From the human T2T-CHM13v2.0 reference genome, Homo sapiens, in the NCBI GenBank assembly GCA_009914755.4, contig CP068257.2, positions 8,800,001-8,864,000 on the forward strand: DNA of 64,000 bases. The letters are read 5' to 3'. Position 1 is the first letter of the stretch. Each line of letters opens with the position of its first letter. Under the pieces are notes generated by a model, which saw nothing but the letters and a program-made list of their open reading frames with translations, was not told the DNA's origin and made no database searches. Positions 13,901 to 35,200 of the stretch are shown one piece after another. Both the position numbers and the translations under genes were made by a program.

Positions 13901-16900
13901 CTTTGATGGACCAGTTTGGAAACAGTCTTTTTATAGTATCTGCAGAGGGATATTTTTGAGCGGTTTAAAGACTATGGTGAAAAAGGAAATATCTTCACAT
14001 AATAACTAGACAGAAGCATTCTGAGAAACTTCTTTGTGATGTGTGCATTCATCTTACAATGTTGAACGTTTCTTTTGATTGAGCAGTTTGGAAACAGAAC
14101 TTTTGTAGAATCTGCAAAGGGATATTTGTGAGCCCATTGATTCCTATGGTGAAATAGAAATTATCTTGAAATAAAAACTAGGCAGAAGATTTCTGAGAAA
14201 CTTCTTTGTGATGTGTGCTTTCATCTCACAGAGTTGAAAATGTCTTTTGATTGAGCAGTTTGGAAACAGTCTTTTTGTATAATCTGCAAATGGATATTTG
14301 GAGCACTTTGTGGCCTAAGGTGAAAATGGAAATATCTTCACATAAAAACTAGATAGAAGAATTCTGAGAAACTTCTTTGTGATGTGTGCATTCATCTCAG
14401 AGAGGTGAACTTTTCTTTTGATGGAGCAGTTTGGAAACAGTATTTTTTTAGTATCTGCAGAAGGATATTTGTGAGCAGTTTAAGGCCTATGGTGAAAAAG
14501 GAAATATCTTCACATAAAAACTAGACAGAAGCTTTCTGAGAAACTTCTTTCTGATGTGTGTATTCATCTCACAGTGTTGAAACTTTATTTTGTTTGAGAA
14601 GTTTAGAAACAGTCTTTTTCTGCAATCTGCAAAGGTATATTTCTGAGCCATTTGAGGTCTATGGTGAAAAAGAAATAACTTCACATTTAAACTAGACAGA
14701 AGAATTCTGAGGAACTTCTTTGTGATGTCTCCATTCATTTGACAGAGTTGAATGTTTCTTTTAATTCAGAAGTTCAGCAACCATATTTTTGTAGAATCTG
14801 CAAAGATATATTTGTGAGACATTTGAAGCCTATAGTGAAATAGTAAATATCTTCACATAAAAACTAGACAAAAGAATTCTGAGAAACTTCATTCTAATGT
14901 GTGCATTCACCTCACAGAATTTAACCTTTCTTTTGATTGAGCAGTATGGAAATGGTCCTCTTTTAGAATCTGCAAAGGGATATTTCTTAGCCCTTTTAGG
15001 CCTATGGTGAAACTGGAAATATCTTCACATGAAAACCAGACTGAAGCTTTCTGAGAAACTTCTATGAGATGTGTGCTTTCATCTCACAGAGTTAAACCTT
15101 TCTTTTGATTCAGCAGTTTGGAAACACTCTTTTTGTGAACTCTGTAAATGGATATTAAGGGTGCTTTGAGGCCATTGGTGACAAAGGAAATATCTTCACA
15201 TAAAAACCAAACAGAAGTTTTCTGAGAAACTACTCTTTTATGTGTCCATTAATCTAACAGAGTTGAAACTTTCTTTTTATTGAGCAGTTTGGATACGGTC
15301 TTTTTGTAGAATCTGCAAAAAATATTTGTGAGCCCTTTATTGCCTATGGTGAAGTAGGAATTTTCTTCACATATAAACTAGACAGAAGCATTCTGAGAAA
15401 CTTCTTTGTGATGTGTGCATTAATCTCACAGAGTTGAAACTTTCTTTGGATTGAGCAGTTTGGAAACAGGCTTTTTGTAGAATCTGCAAAGGGATATTTC
15501 TGAGTCCATTGAGTACTATGGTGAAATGTGAAATATCTTCACATAAAAACTAGACAGAAGCTTTCTAAGAAACTTGTTTGTGATGTGTGCTTTCATCTCA
15601 CAGAATTGAAACTTTCTTTTGATTGAGGAGTATGGAAACACTCTTTTTCTAGAATCTGCAAATGGATATTTGGAACACTTTGACGTCCATTGTGAAAAAC
15701 AAAATATCTTCACATAAAAACTAAACAGAAGCTTTCTGAGAAACTTCCTTGTGATGTGTGCATTCATCTCACAGAGTTGAACCTTTCTTTTGATTGAGCA
15801 GGTTGGAAAGAGGCTTATTGTACAATCTGCAAAGGGATAATTCTGATCCGTTTGAGGCCTATGGTGAAAGAGAAATATCTTCACATAAAAACTAGACAGA
15901 GTCAGTCCGAGAAATTTCTTTGTGATGTGTCCATTCATCTCACAGAGTTGAAACTTTCTTTTGATTAAACAGTTTGGAAACTGTCTTTTTGTAGAACCTT
16001 CAAAGGGATATTTGTGAGCCCTTTATGGCGTCAGGTGAAATAGGAAATATCTTCACATACAAACTAGAGAGAAGCTATCTGAGTAACTTTTTTGTGATGT
16101 GTGCTTTCATCTCAGAGAGCTAAAAATTTGTTTTGATTGATCAGTTGGGAAACAGTCTTTTTGTAGAATCTGCAAACGGATATTTGGATTGCTTTGAGGC
16201 CTATGTTGAGAAAGGAAATATCTTCACATAAAAACAAGACAGAAGATTTCTGAGAAACTTCTTGTTATGTGTGCACTCATCTCACATGTTTGAACCTTTC
16301 TTTTGATTGAGCAGTTTGGAAACAGTATTTTTGTACAATCTACAAAGGGATATTTCTGAACGGTTTGATGCCTATGGTGAAAAAGAAATATCTTCACATA
16401 AAAACTAGACCGAAGCATTATGAGAAAGTAATTTATTATGTGTGCATTCATCTCACAGAGCTGAACCTTTCTTTTCATGGAGCAGTTCGAAAATTGTGTT
16501 TTTGTAGAGTCTGCAAAGGGATATTTGTGAGACCTTTGAGGCCTATGGTGATATAGGAAATATCTTCACAAAAAAAGTAGACAGAAGCATTATGAGAAAC
16601 TTCTCTGTGATGTGTGCTTTCTTCTCACAGAGTTGAATCTTTCTTTTAATTGAACAGTTTGGAAACTCTTTTTTTGTAGATTCTGCAAAAGGATATTTGG
16701 AGCACTTTGAGGCCTATGGTGAAAAAGGAAATATCTTCACTTAAAAACTAAACAGAAGCTTTCTGAAAAACTTCTTTGTGATGTGCATATTCATGTCACA
16801 GTGTTGAACCCTTGTTTTCATTGAGCAGTTTGAAAACCATCTTTTTGTACAATCTGCAAAGGGATATTTCTGAGCACTTTGAGGCCTAAGGTGAAAAACA

Positions 16901-16990
16901 AATATCTTAACATAAAAAGTAGACAGAGGCATTCTGAGAAACTTCTTTATCATGTATGCATTCTTCTCCCGGAGTTAAACCATTCTTTTC
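1915..16990 (+). repeat. Alpha-satellite, about 88 monomers, consensus orientation. Family X, with alternating AAAGGGATATTTCTGAGCCCATTGAGG and AAATGGATATTTGGAGCGCTTTGAGG monomer types.
   Basis: Continuous 171-bp periodicity. Divergent A-type monomers with no CENP-B box. Confidence 0.95.
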
Positions 16991-17477
16991 TTTTTTTACT
17001 ATTATTATACTTTAAGTTTAGGGTACAAGTACACAATGTGCAGGTTACTTACAAATGAATACATGTGCCATGCTGGTGCGCTGCACCCACTAACTCGTCA
17101 TCTAACATTAGGTGTATCTCCCAATGTTATCCCTCCTCCCTCCCCTCACCCCACAACAGTCCCCAGAGTGTGATGTTCCCCTTCCTGTGTCCTTGTGTTT
17201 TCATTGTTAAATTCCCACCTATGAGTGAGAACATGTGGTGTTTGGTTTTCTGTCCTTGTGATAGTTTACTGAGAATGATGATTTCCAATGTCATCCATGT
17301 CCCCACAAAGGACATGAACTCATCATTTTTTATGGCTGCATTGTATTCCATGGTGTATATGTGCCACATTTTCTTAATCCAGTCTATCATTGTTGGACAT
17401 TGGGTTGCTTCCAAGTCTTTGCTATTGTGAATAGTGCCACAATAAAAATACGTGTGCATGTGTCTTTATAGCAGCAT
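16991..17477 (-). mobile_element. LINE-1 3' end (3'UTR plus last ORF2 codons, ~0.49 kb), with a short poly(T) at 16986-16997 on the left.
   Basis: Contains the reverse complement of the L1 3'UTR and ORF2 C-terminus (minus-strand ORF 17127-17459: ...[38 protein letters not shown]). Colinearity with L1 ends abruptly at GCAGCAT (17471-17477). Confidence 0.9.
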
Positions 17478-20594
<3,117 letters not shown>

Positions 20595-23500
20595 GTTCAA
20601 TGGGAAGAAACTACTTGTGTGTGATGAATGCACACGTCACAAAGGAGTTAGTCAGAAAACTTCTTTCTACTTTTAATGTGAAGATATTTCCTTTTTCACC
20701 ATATGCCTCAATGTGTTCCCAGGTATCCCTTTGCAGATTCTACAAAAAGACTGTTTCTAAACTGCTCAATAAACAGAATGGTTCAACCCTGTGAGACGAA
20801 TGTGCACATCACAAAGAAGTTTCTCAGAAAACTTCCTTCCCGTTTTTATGTGAAGAGATTTCCTTTTTGAATATAGGCCTCAAAGCACTCCCAAATATAC
20901 CTCTGCAGAATCTACAAAAAGACTGTTTCCAAAGTGCTCAATCAAAAGAATGTTTCAACTCTGTTAGATGAATGCACACATCAGAAAGTAGTTTCTCAGC
21001 AAGCTTCTCACTAGTTTTTAGGTGAAGATAGTTCCTTTTTCAACGTGGTTCTCAAAGCACTCAAAAATATCCCTTTGCAGACTCTAGAATAACAGAGTTT
21101 ATTAACTGCTCAATGAAAAGAAAGATTTACCTCTGTGAGATGAATACACATATCTTAAAGCAGCTTCTCAGAATGCTTCTTTCTAGTTTTTATGTGAAGA
21201 TATTTCCTTTTTCACCATAGGCCTCAACACACACCTAAATATCCCTCTGCAGATTGTACAAAAAGACTTTCCAAACTGCTCAATCAAAACAAATGTTAAA
21301 CTCTATGAGATAAATGCACACATCACAAAAAGTTTCTCAGAAAACTTTTGTCTAGTTTTTATGTGATGATATTTCCTTATTCACCATAGGCCTGAAAGCG
21401 CTACAAATATCCTTCTGCAGATTCTACAAAAAGACTGTTTGCAAACTGCTCAATCCAAAAAATGATTCAACTCTGTGAGATGAATGCACACATCACAAAG
21501 AAGTTTCTCAGAAACATTCTTTATGGTTTTTCTGTGAAGGTATTTCCTTTTTCACCATAGGCCTCAAAGCCCTCACAAATATCCCTTTGCAGATTCTACA
21601 AAAAGACTGTTTCCAAACCGCTCAATAAAAAGAATTATTGAACACTGTGAGATGAATGCACACAGATCAAAGAGGTTTCTCAGAGTCCTTCAGTCTGGTT
21701 TTTATGTGAATATATTTCCTTTTACAACATAGGCCTCAAAGCGCTCCAAATGTCCATTTGCAGACTCTACAAAAAGACTGTTTCCAAACGGCTCAATCAA
21801 AACAAAGTTTCAACTCTGTGTGATTAATGCACACATCATGAAGAAGTTTCTCAGAATGCTTCTGTCTAGTTTTTATGTGAAGATACTTGCTTTTTCACCA
21901 TAGGCCTCAAAGTGCTCACAAATATCCCTTTAGAGATTCTACAAAAATACTTTTTCCAAATTGCTCAATCAAAAGAAAGGTTCAATCCTGTGAGATGTAT
22001 GCACACCACAAAGAGGTTTCTCAGAAAGCTTCTCTCTAGTTTTTACATGAAGATATTTCCTTTTTCACCATAGGCCTCCAAGTGTTCACAAATATCCCTT
22101 TGCAGATTCTACAAAAAGACTCTTTACACATTACTCAATCAAAAGAATGTTTCATCTCTGTGAGGTGAATGCTCACATCACCAGGATGTTTCTCAGAAAG
22201 CTTCTGTGTAGTTTTTATGTGAAGATATTTCCTTTTTCACCATACGCCTCAAAGGGCTCACAAATATCCCTTTGCAGTTTTTAGAAGAAAAGAGTTTCCA
22301 ATCTTCTCAATGAAAAGAAAGAGACACATCTTGGAGATGAATGCACATATCACAAAGCAGTTTCTGAGAAACATTCTGTCTAGTTTTTATGTGAAGGTAT
22401 CTCCTTTTTCACCACAGGATGCAAAGCACTCAAAATTGTTGCTTTGCAGATTCTACAAAAAGTTTGTTTCCACAGTGCTCATCAAAAGAAAGGTTCACCT
22501 CTGTGAGATGAATGCACGTGTCAAAAAGAAGTTTCTCAGAAAGCTTCTATTAAGTTTTCATGTGAATGTTTCCTTTTTCACCATGAGCCTCAAAGTGCTC
22601 ACAAATATCCAGTTGAGGAATATTTACAAAGACTATTTCCAAACCGCTCAACCAAAAGAAAGGTTGAACTGTGTGAGATGAATGCACACATCACAAAGGA
22701 GTTTCTCAGAAACCTTCTTTATAGTTTTTCTGTGAAGATATTTCCTTTTTCATCATAGGCCTCAAAGCCCTCACAAATATCTCTTTGCAGATTCTACAAA
22801 AACACTGTTTCCAAACCACTCAATAAAAATAATTATTGAACTTTTTGAGATGAATGCACACATCTCAAAGAAGTTTCTCAGAAACCTTCAGTCTGGTTTT
22901 TATGTGAATATATTTCCTTTTTCACCATAAGCCTCAAAATGCTCCAAATATCCATTTGCAGGTTCTACAAAAAGACTGTTTCCAAACGGCTCAATGAAAA
23001 GAAAGTTTCAACTTTGTTAGATGAATGCATACATCACTGAGAAGTTTCGCAGGAGAATTCTGTCTAATTTTTATATGAAGACATTTCCTTTTTCACCACA
23101 GGCCTCCATCTGCTCACAAATATCTCTTAGCAGATTCTACAAGAACAGAATTTCCAGACTGATCAAAGAAAACAAACGTTTTTCTCTGTGAGATGAATGC
23201 ACACATCACAAAACTGTTTCTCAGAACCTTCTTTATACTTCTTATGTGATGATATTTCTTTTTTCTCCCTAGGACTCAAAGAGCTCAAAAATATCCCTTT
23301 GCAGATTCTACAAAAATATTGTTTCCAAACTGCACAATCAAAAAAATAGTTCAACTCCATGAGATGAATGCATACGTCACAAAGAAGTTTCTCAGAAACC
23401 TTCTTTATAGTTTTTATATGAAGATATTTCCTTTTTCACCATAGGCCTCAAAGTGCTCAGCAATATCCCTTTGCAGATTCTGCAAAAAGACTGCTTCCCA

Positions 23501-26500
23501 CCTGCTGAATCAAAAAAATGTTTAAACTCTGTGAGATGGATGCACACTTTACAACGAGGTTTCTCAGAAATCTTCTGTCCATTTTTTATGTGAAGATATT
23601 TCCTTTTTCACCATAGCACTCAAAGTCCTGACAAATATTCCTTGCAGATTCTACAAAAAGACTGTTTCCAGACTGCTCAATCAAAAGAATGGTTCAACTC
23701 TGTGAGATGATTGCACACATCACAAAGAAGCCACTAAGAAAGCTTCTGTCTAGTTTTTAAGTGAAGATATTTCCTGTTTCACCATAGGCCTCAAAGCACT
23801 CACAAATATCCCTTTGCAGATTCTACAAGAACAGAGATTCCAGACTGATCAGAGAAAATAAACGTTTACTTCTGTGAGATCAGTGCACACATGACAAAGC
23901 TGTTGCTAAGAACCCTTCTTTATACATTTTATATGAATATATTTCCTTTTTCACCATTGGCCTCAAAGCGCTCATAAATATCCCTTTGCAGATTCCACAA
24001 ACAGACGGTTTCCATACTGCTCAATCAAAAGTAAGTTTCATCTTTGTGAGATGAATGCCCACATCACAAAGAGGTTTCTCAGAAAGCCTCTCACTAATTT
24101 TTATGTGAAGATATTTCCTTTTTCACCATAGGCCTCAAAGCGCTCACAAATATCCCTTTGCAGACTCTACGAGAACAGTTGCCAGACTGACCAGAGAAAA
24201 GAAACATTTACCTCTGTGAGACGAGTGCATACATCACAAAGCTGTTTCTGAGAAACCATGTTTATACTTTTTATGTGAATATATTTCCTTTTTCACCATA
24301 GGTCTTAAAGCACTCATAAATATCCCTTTGCAGATTTTACAAAAAGACTGTTTCCAAACTGTTCAATCAAAAGAATGGTTGAACTCTATGAGATGAATGC
24401 AAACATCACAAAGAAGTTTCTCACAAAGCTGTTTAGTTTTTATGTGAAGATATCTCCTATTTCATCTTAGGTCTCATAGCTCTCAAAAATATGCCTTTAT
24501 GGATTCTACAAAAATACTGTATCCAAATTGCTCAATCCAAAGAGAGGTTCAAATCTGTGACATGAATGCACACATCACAAGGAGGTTTCTCAGAAAGCTT
24601 CTCTCTAGTTTTCCTGTGAAAATATTTCCTTTTCCACCATAGGCTTCAAAGCATCACAAATATCCCTTTGCAGATTCTACCTACCAAAGTACTGTTTACA
24701 AACTGCTCAATCAAAAGAATGTTTCAACTCTGTGAGATGAATTCTCGCATCTCCAAGATGTTTCACAGAAAGCTTCTGTCTAGTTTTTACGTGAAGATAA
24801 TTCCTTTTTCACCATAAACCTCAAAGCGCTGACAAATATCCTTTTGCAGATTTTACAAGAACAGAATTTCCAATCTGCTCAATGAAGGGAAATAGTTACC
24901 TCTGTGGGATGAAAGCACACATCACAAAGCAGTTTCTCAGAAATATTCTGTCTAGTATTTATGTAAAGATAATTCCTTTTTCAACACAGGACACAAAGCG
25001 CTAACTAATAACACTTTGGAAATTCTACAAAATACTGTCTCCAAACTGCTCATCAAAAGAAAGTTTCATCTCTATGCAATGAATGTATATATCAAAAAGA
25101 TGTTTCTCAGAAATCTTCTATCTTGTTTTTATGTGAGTGTGTTTCCTTTTTCACCATGGGCCTCAAAGTGCTCAAAAATATCCCTTTGCAGATCCTAAAA
25201 AAAGACTGTTTCCAAACTGCTGAATGAAAGGAATGGTTCAACTCTGTGAGATGAATGCACACATTACAAAGAAGTTTCTCACAAACCTTCTTTATAGTTT
25301 TTATGTGAAGATATTTCTTTTTAACCATAGACCTCAAAGCACTCACAAATATACCTTTGCAGATTCTACAAAAAGACGGTTTCCCAACTGCTCAATCAAA
25401 AGAATTGTTGAACTCTGTGAGATGAATGCATACATCACAAAGCAGTTTGTCAGAATTCTTTAGTCTAGTTTTTATGTGAAGATATTTTCTCTTTCACCAT
25501 AGGCCTCAAAGTGCTCAGAAATATCCCTTTACAGATTCCACAAAAAGACGTTTCCAAACTGCTCAATCAAAAGAAAGTTTCAATTCTGTGAGATGAATGC
25601 ACACATCACCAAGAAGTTTCTCAGGATGCTTCTGCCTAGTTTTTATGTGAAGACAATTCCTTTTTCACCATAGGGCTCTATGAACTCAAAAATATCCCTT
25701 AGCAGATTCTAAAACAACAGAGTTTGCCATATTATCAAAGAAAAGAATCGTTTAACTCTGTGAGATGAAAGCAGACATCACAAAACAGTTTCTCAGAAAA
25801 CTTCTTTATAGTTTTCTATGAAGATACTTCTTTTTCTGCATAGGCCTCAAAGTGCTCACAAATATCCGTTTGCAGATTCTGCAAAAATACTGTTTCCAAA
25901 CTGCTGAAGCAAAAGAGAGGTTCAAATCTGTGAGATGAATGCACATATCACAAAGAGGTATCTCAGAATCTTTCCTTATACTTTGTATGTGAAGATATTT
26001 CCTTTGTCAACATAAGCCTCAAAGTGATCAAAAATACTCCTTTTCAGATTGTACAAGAACAGAGTTTCCAGACTGATCAGAGAAAAGAAATGCTTACCTC
26101 TGCGAGATGAGTGCACACATCACAAGGCTGTTTTTAGGAAACCTGCTTCACAGTTCTTATGTGAAGGTATGTTTTTTCCACCATAGGCCTCACAGCGTTC
26201 CAAATATCCACTAGCAGATTTTACAAAAAGAGTGTTTCAAAACTGCTCAATCAAAGGAAAGGTTGAACTCTGTGAGATGAATGCAAACATCACAAAGGAG
26301 TTTCTCAGAATGCTTCTGTCTAATTTTTATGTTAAGGTATTTCCCTTTCCACCATAGGCATCAAAGCGCTCCAAATATCCACATGCAGATACGACAAAAA
26401 GACTGTTTCCAAACTGCTCAATCAAAAGTGTGGTTCAACTCTCTGAGATGAATACACACATAACTAAGAAGTTTCTCAGAATGCTTCTGTCTAGTTTTCA

Positions 26501-26689
26501 TATGAAGATATTTCCTTTTCCAACATAGGCCTCAAATCGCCCCAAATATCCACTTGTAGATTCTACAAAAAGAATATTTCAAAACTGGTCTATCAAAAGA
26601 AAATTTGAACTCGGTGAGATGAACACACACATCACAAAGAAGTTTCTCAGAATGCTTCTGTCTAGTTTTCCTTTTTTTTGAAGAGATTT
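20595..26689 (-). repeat. Alpha-satellite in reverse-complement orientation. It is family X up to ~26150, then family Y (CCACTTGCAGATTCTACAAAAAGAGTGTTTCAAAACTGCTC...).
   Basis: Monomers read as the reverse complement of the consensus (…GTGAGATGAATGCACACATCACAAAGAAGTTTCTCAGAA…). The strand switches at ~20590-20632. Confidence 0.94.
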
Positions 26690-30892
<4,203 letters not shown>

Positions 30893-30920
<28 letters not shown>

Positions 30921-32287
30921 ACCTTAAGTTTTAGGGTACATGTGCACAATGTGCAGGTTAGTTACATATGTATACATGTGCCATGCTGGTGTGCTGCACC
31001 CATAAACTCGTCATTTAGCATGATATATGTCTCCTAAAGCTATCTCTACCCCCTCCCCCCACCTCACAACAGTTCCTAGAGTGTGATGTTCCCCTTCCTG
31101 TGTCCATGTGTTCTCATTGTTCAATTCCCACCTAAGAGTGAGAATATACAGTGTTTGGTTTTTTGTTCTTCTGATAGTTTACTGAGAATGATGATTTCCA
31201 ATTTCATCCATGTCACTACAAAGGACATGAACTCATCATTTTTTATGGCTGCTTATTATTCCATGGTGTATATGTGCCGCATTTTCTTAATCCAGTCTAT
31301 TATTTTTGGACATTTGAGTTGGTTCCAAGTCTTTGCTATTGTGAATAGTGCCACAATAAACATACGTGTGCATGTGTCTTTATAGCAGCATGATTTATAG
31401 TCCTTTCGGTATATACCCAGTAATGGGATGGCTGGATCAAATGGTATTTGTAGTTTTAGATCCCTGAGGAATTGCCACACTGACTTCCACAATGGTTGAA
31501 CTAGTTTACAGTCCCACCAGCATTGTAAATGTGTTCCTGTTTCTCCACATGCTCTCCAGCACCTGTTGTTTCCTGACTTTTTAATGATTGCCATTCTAAC
31601 TGGTGTGAGATGGTATCGCATTGCAGTTTTGATTTGCATTTCTCTGATGGCCAGTGATGGTGAGCATTTTTTCATGTGTTTTTTGGCTGCATAAATGTCT
31701 TCTTTTGAGAAGTGTCTGTTCATGTCCTTCGCCCACTTTTTGATGGGGTTGTTTGTTTTTTTCCTGTAAATTTGTTTGAGTTTATTGTAGATTCTGGATA
31801 TTAGCCCTCTGTCAGATGAGTAGGTTGTGAAAATTTTCTCCCATTTTGTAGGCTGCCTGTTCACCCTGAAGGTAGTTTCTTTTGCTGTGCAGAAGCTCTG
31901 GTTTAATTAGATCCCATATGTCAATTTTGGCTTGTGTTTCCTTTGCTTTTGGTGTTTTAGACATGAAGTCTTTCCTATGATTATGTCCTGAATGGTAAAG
32001 CCTAGGTTTTCCTCCAGGGTTTTCATGGTTTGAGGTCTAACGTTTAAGTCTTTAATCTGTCTTGAATTAATTTTTGTATAAGCTGTAAGAAAGGGATCCA
32101 ATTTCAGCTTTCTACATGTGTCTAACCATTTTTCCCAGTACCATTTATTAAATAGGAAATCCTGTCCCCATTGCTTGTTTTTCTCAGGTTTGTAGAAGAT
32201 CAGATAGTTGTAGACACGTGGCATTATTTCTGAGGGCTCTGTTCTGTTCCATTGACTATATCTCTGTTTTGGTAGCAGTACCATGCT
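30893..32287 (-). mobile_element. LINE-1 3' fragment (~1.39 kb, 5'-truncated, L1PA-like) with a (TAA)n-type tail (ATTATT... at 30893-30920). It is flanked by a ~14-16 bp target-site duplication.
   Basis: Minus-strand ORFs 31256-31864 (202 aa) and 31907-32284 (125 aa) match the ORF2 C-terminus. Left flank is ...ATGCTTCTGTGGTTTTTAT and right flank is ATGCTTCTGTATAGTTTTTAT..., giving a TSD of about TCTGTG(TA)GTTTTTAT. Confidence 0.92.
31256..32284 (-). pseudogene. L1 ORF2 C-terminal remnant with one frameshift.
   Basis: Matches [113 protein letters not shown]. Confidence 0.85.
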
Positions 32288-35200
32288 TCTGTATAGTTTT
32301 TATGTGAAGTTAATACCTTTTCCAACTTAGGCTGAGAACAGCTCCAAATATCCACTTGCAGATGCTACAAAGAGAGAGTTTCAAAACTGCTCTATCAAAA
32401 TATAGGTTCAACTCTGTAAGTTGAATGCACACATCACAAAGAAGTTTCTCAGAATGCTTCTCTGTAGTTTTTATGTGAAGATATTTCCTTTACAACAATA
32501 GGCCTAAAAGTGCTCCAAATATCCACTTGCAGATTCTACAAAAAGAGTGTTTCCAAACTGCTCAATCAAAAGAGAGGTTGAACTCTGTGAGATGAATGCA
32601 CACATCACTAAGAAGTTTCTCAGAATGCTTCTGTGTAGTTTTTCTGTGAAGATATTCCTTTTTCCACCATAGACTTCAAAGGGCTCCAAATATCCACTTG
32701 GAGATTCTACAAAAAGAGAGTTTCAAAACTGCTCTATCAAAAGATAGTTTCAACTCTGTGAGTTGAATGCACACATCACAAAGTAGATTCTCAGAATGCT
32801 TCTGGGTAGTTTTTATGTGAAGATATTTCCTTTTCCACGATACGCCTCAAAGTGCTCCAAATATCCACTTGCAGATTCTACAAGAAGAGTGTTTCCAAAC
32901 TGGTCAATGCAAAGAAAGGTTCAAGTCTGTGACAGGAATGCACACATCACAAAGAAGTTTCTCAGAATGCTTCTGTGTAGTTTTTCTGTGAAGATATTCC
33001 TTTTTCCACCATAGGCTTCAAAGGGCTCCAAATATCCACTTGGAGATTCTACAAAAAGAGAGTTTCAAAACTGCTCTATCAAAAGATAGTTTCAACTCTG
33101 TGAGTTGAATGCACACATCACAAAGTAGATTCTCAGAATGCTTCTGGGTAGTTTTTATGTGAAGATATTTCCTTTTCCACGATACGCCTCAAAGTGCTCC
33201 AAATATCCACTTGCAGATTCTACAAGAAGAGTGTTTCCAAACTGGTCAATGCAAAGAAAGGTTCAAGTATGTGACAGGAATGCACACATCACAAAGAAGT
33301 TTCTTAGAATGTTTCTGTGTAGTTTTTATGTGAAGATATTTCCTTTTCAACAATAAGCCTAAAAGCGCTCCAAATATCCACGTGCAGATTCTGCAAAGAG
33401 TGTTTCCAAACTGCTCAATCAAAAGAGAGGTTGAACTCTGTGAGATAAATGTAAACATCACTAAAAAGTTTCTCAGAATGCTTCTGTGTAATTTTTCTGT
33501 GTAGATATTCCTTTTTCCACCATAGGTTTCAAAGGACTCCAAATATCCACTTGCAGATTCTAGAAAAAGAGAATTTCAAAGCTGCTCTCTCAAAAGGTAG
33601 GTTCAACTATGTGATTTAAATGCACACATCACAAAGTAGATTCTCAGAATGCTTCTGGGTAGTTTTTATGTGAAGATATTTCATTTTCCACCATACGCCT
33701 CAAAGCGCTCCAAATATCCACTTGCAGATTCTGCAAAAAGAGTGTTTCCAAACTGTTCAATCAAAAGAAGGGTTCAACTCTGAGATAAATGCACAGATCA
33801 CAAAGAATTTTCTGAGAGTGCTTCTGTGTAGATTTTATGTGAAGATATTTCCTTTCCACAATAGACCACAAAGCGCTCCAAATATGCACTTACATTTAAT
33901 ACAAAAAGACTGTTTCAAAACAGCTCAATCAAAAGAAAGGTTCAACTCCGTGAGATGAATGCACACATCACAAAGAAGGTTCTCGGAATAATTCTGTGTA
34001 GTTTTTATGGAAAGATATTTCCTTTTCCACCATCGGCCACAAAGGGCTCAAATTTCCACTTGTAGAGTCTACAAAAAGAGAGTTTCAAAACTGCTCATTC
34101 AAAAGATAGGTTCAACTCTGTGAGTTGAATGAACACAACACAAAGAAGTTTTTCAGAATTCTTCTGTGTGGTTTTTATGTGATCATATTTCCTTTTCCAA
34201 GATAGGCATAAAATCTCTCCAAATATCCCCTTGCAATTTCTACAAAAAGAGTGCTTCCATACTGCTCAACCAAAAGACAGGTTCAACTATGTGAGATGAA
34301 TGCACACATGAAAAGGAAGTTTCTCAGAATGATACTGTGTAGTTTTTATGTTAAGATATTTCCTCTTGCAACATAGGCCACAAAGGGCTCCAAATATCCG
34401 CTTGCATATACTAGAAAAAGAGTTTTTACAAACTGCTCAATAAAAAGAAAGCTTCATATCTGTGAGATGAATGCACACATCACAAAGAAGTTTCTCAGAA
34501 TGCTTCTGTGTAGTTTTTATGTGAAGATATTTCCTTTCCATGCAGGCCCAAAGTGCTCCAAATATCCATTGGAAGATTCTACAAAAAGTGTTTCAAAACT
34601 GCTCAATCAAAATAAATGTTCAACTCTGTGAGATAAAAGCAAGCATCACAAAGAAGTTTCTAAGAATGCTTCTGTGTAGTTTTTATGTGAAGATATTTCC
34701 TTTTCCATCATAGGCCTCAAAGTGCTGCAAATATCCACTTGCCGATTCTACAAAAAGAGTGTTTCCAAACTACTCAATCAAAAGAAAAGTTCAACTCTGT
34801 GAGATGAATGCACACATTGCAAAGGTGGTTCCCAGAATGCTTCTGAGTAGTTTTTCTTGGAAGATATTTCGTTTTCCACCATAGGCCACAAAGGGTTCCA
34901 AACATCCACTTGTACATTCTACAAAAAGAGAGTTTAAAATCTGATCTATCAAAAGATAAGTTCAACTCTGTGAGTTGAATGCACACATCACAAAGAAGTT
35001 TCTCAGAATGCTTCTTTGTAGTTTTTATGTGAAGATATTTCCTTTTCCACATAGGCCTCAAAGAGCTCCAAATACACAGTTGTAGATCCTATGGAAGGAT
35101 TGTTTCAAAACTGCAGAATCAAAAGAAAGGTTCAACTCTGTGAGATGAATGCACACGTTAGAAAGAAGTTTCTCAGAATGATTCTGTGTAGTTTTTATGT

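Noticed and set aside
20600-20640. Reading the junction GAAGAAACTACTTGTGTGTGATGAATGCACAC as a perfect palindrome
   Set aside because: The sequence is not equal to its reverse complement. It only looks palindromic because alpha monomers contain the internally quasi-symmetric motif GTGATGTGTGCATTCATC. The breakpoint is therefore reported as an interval.
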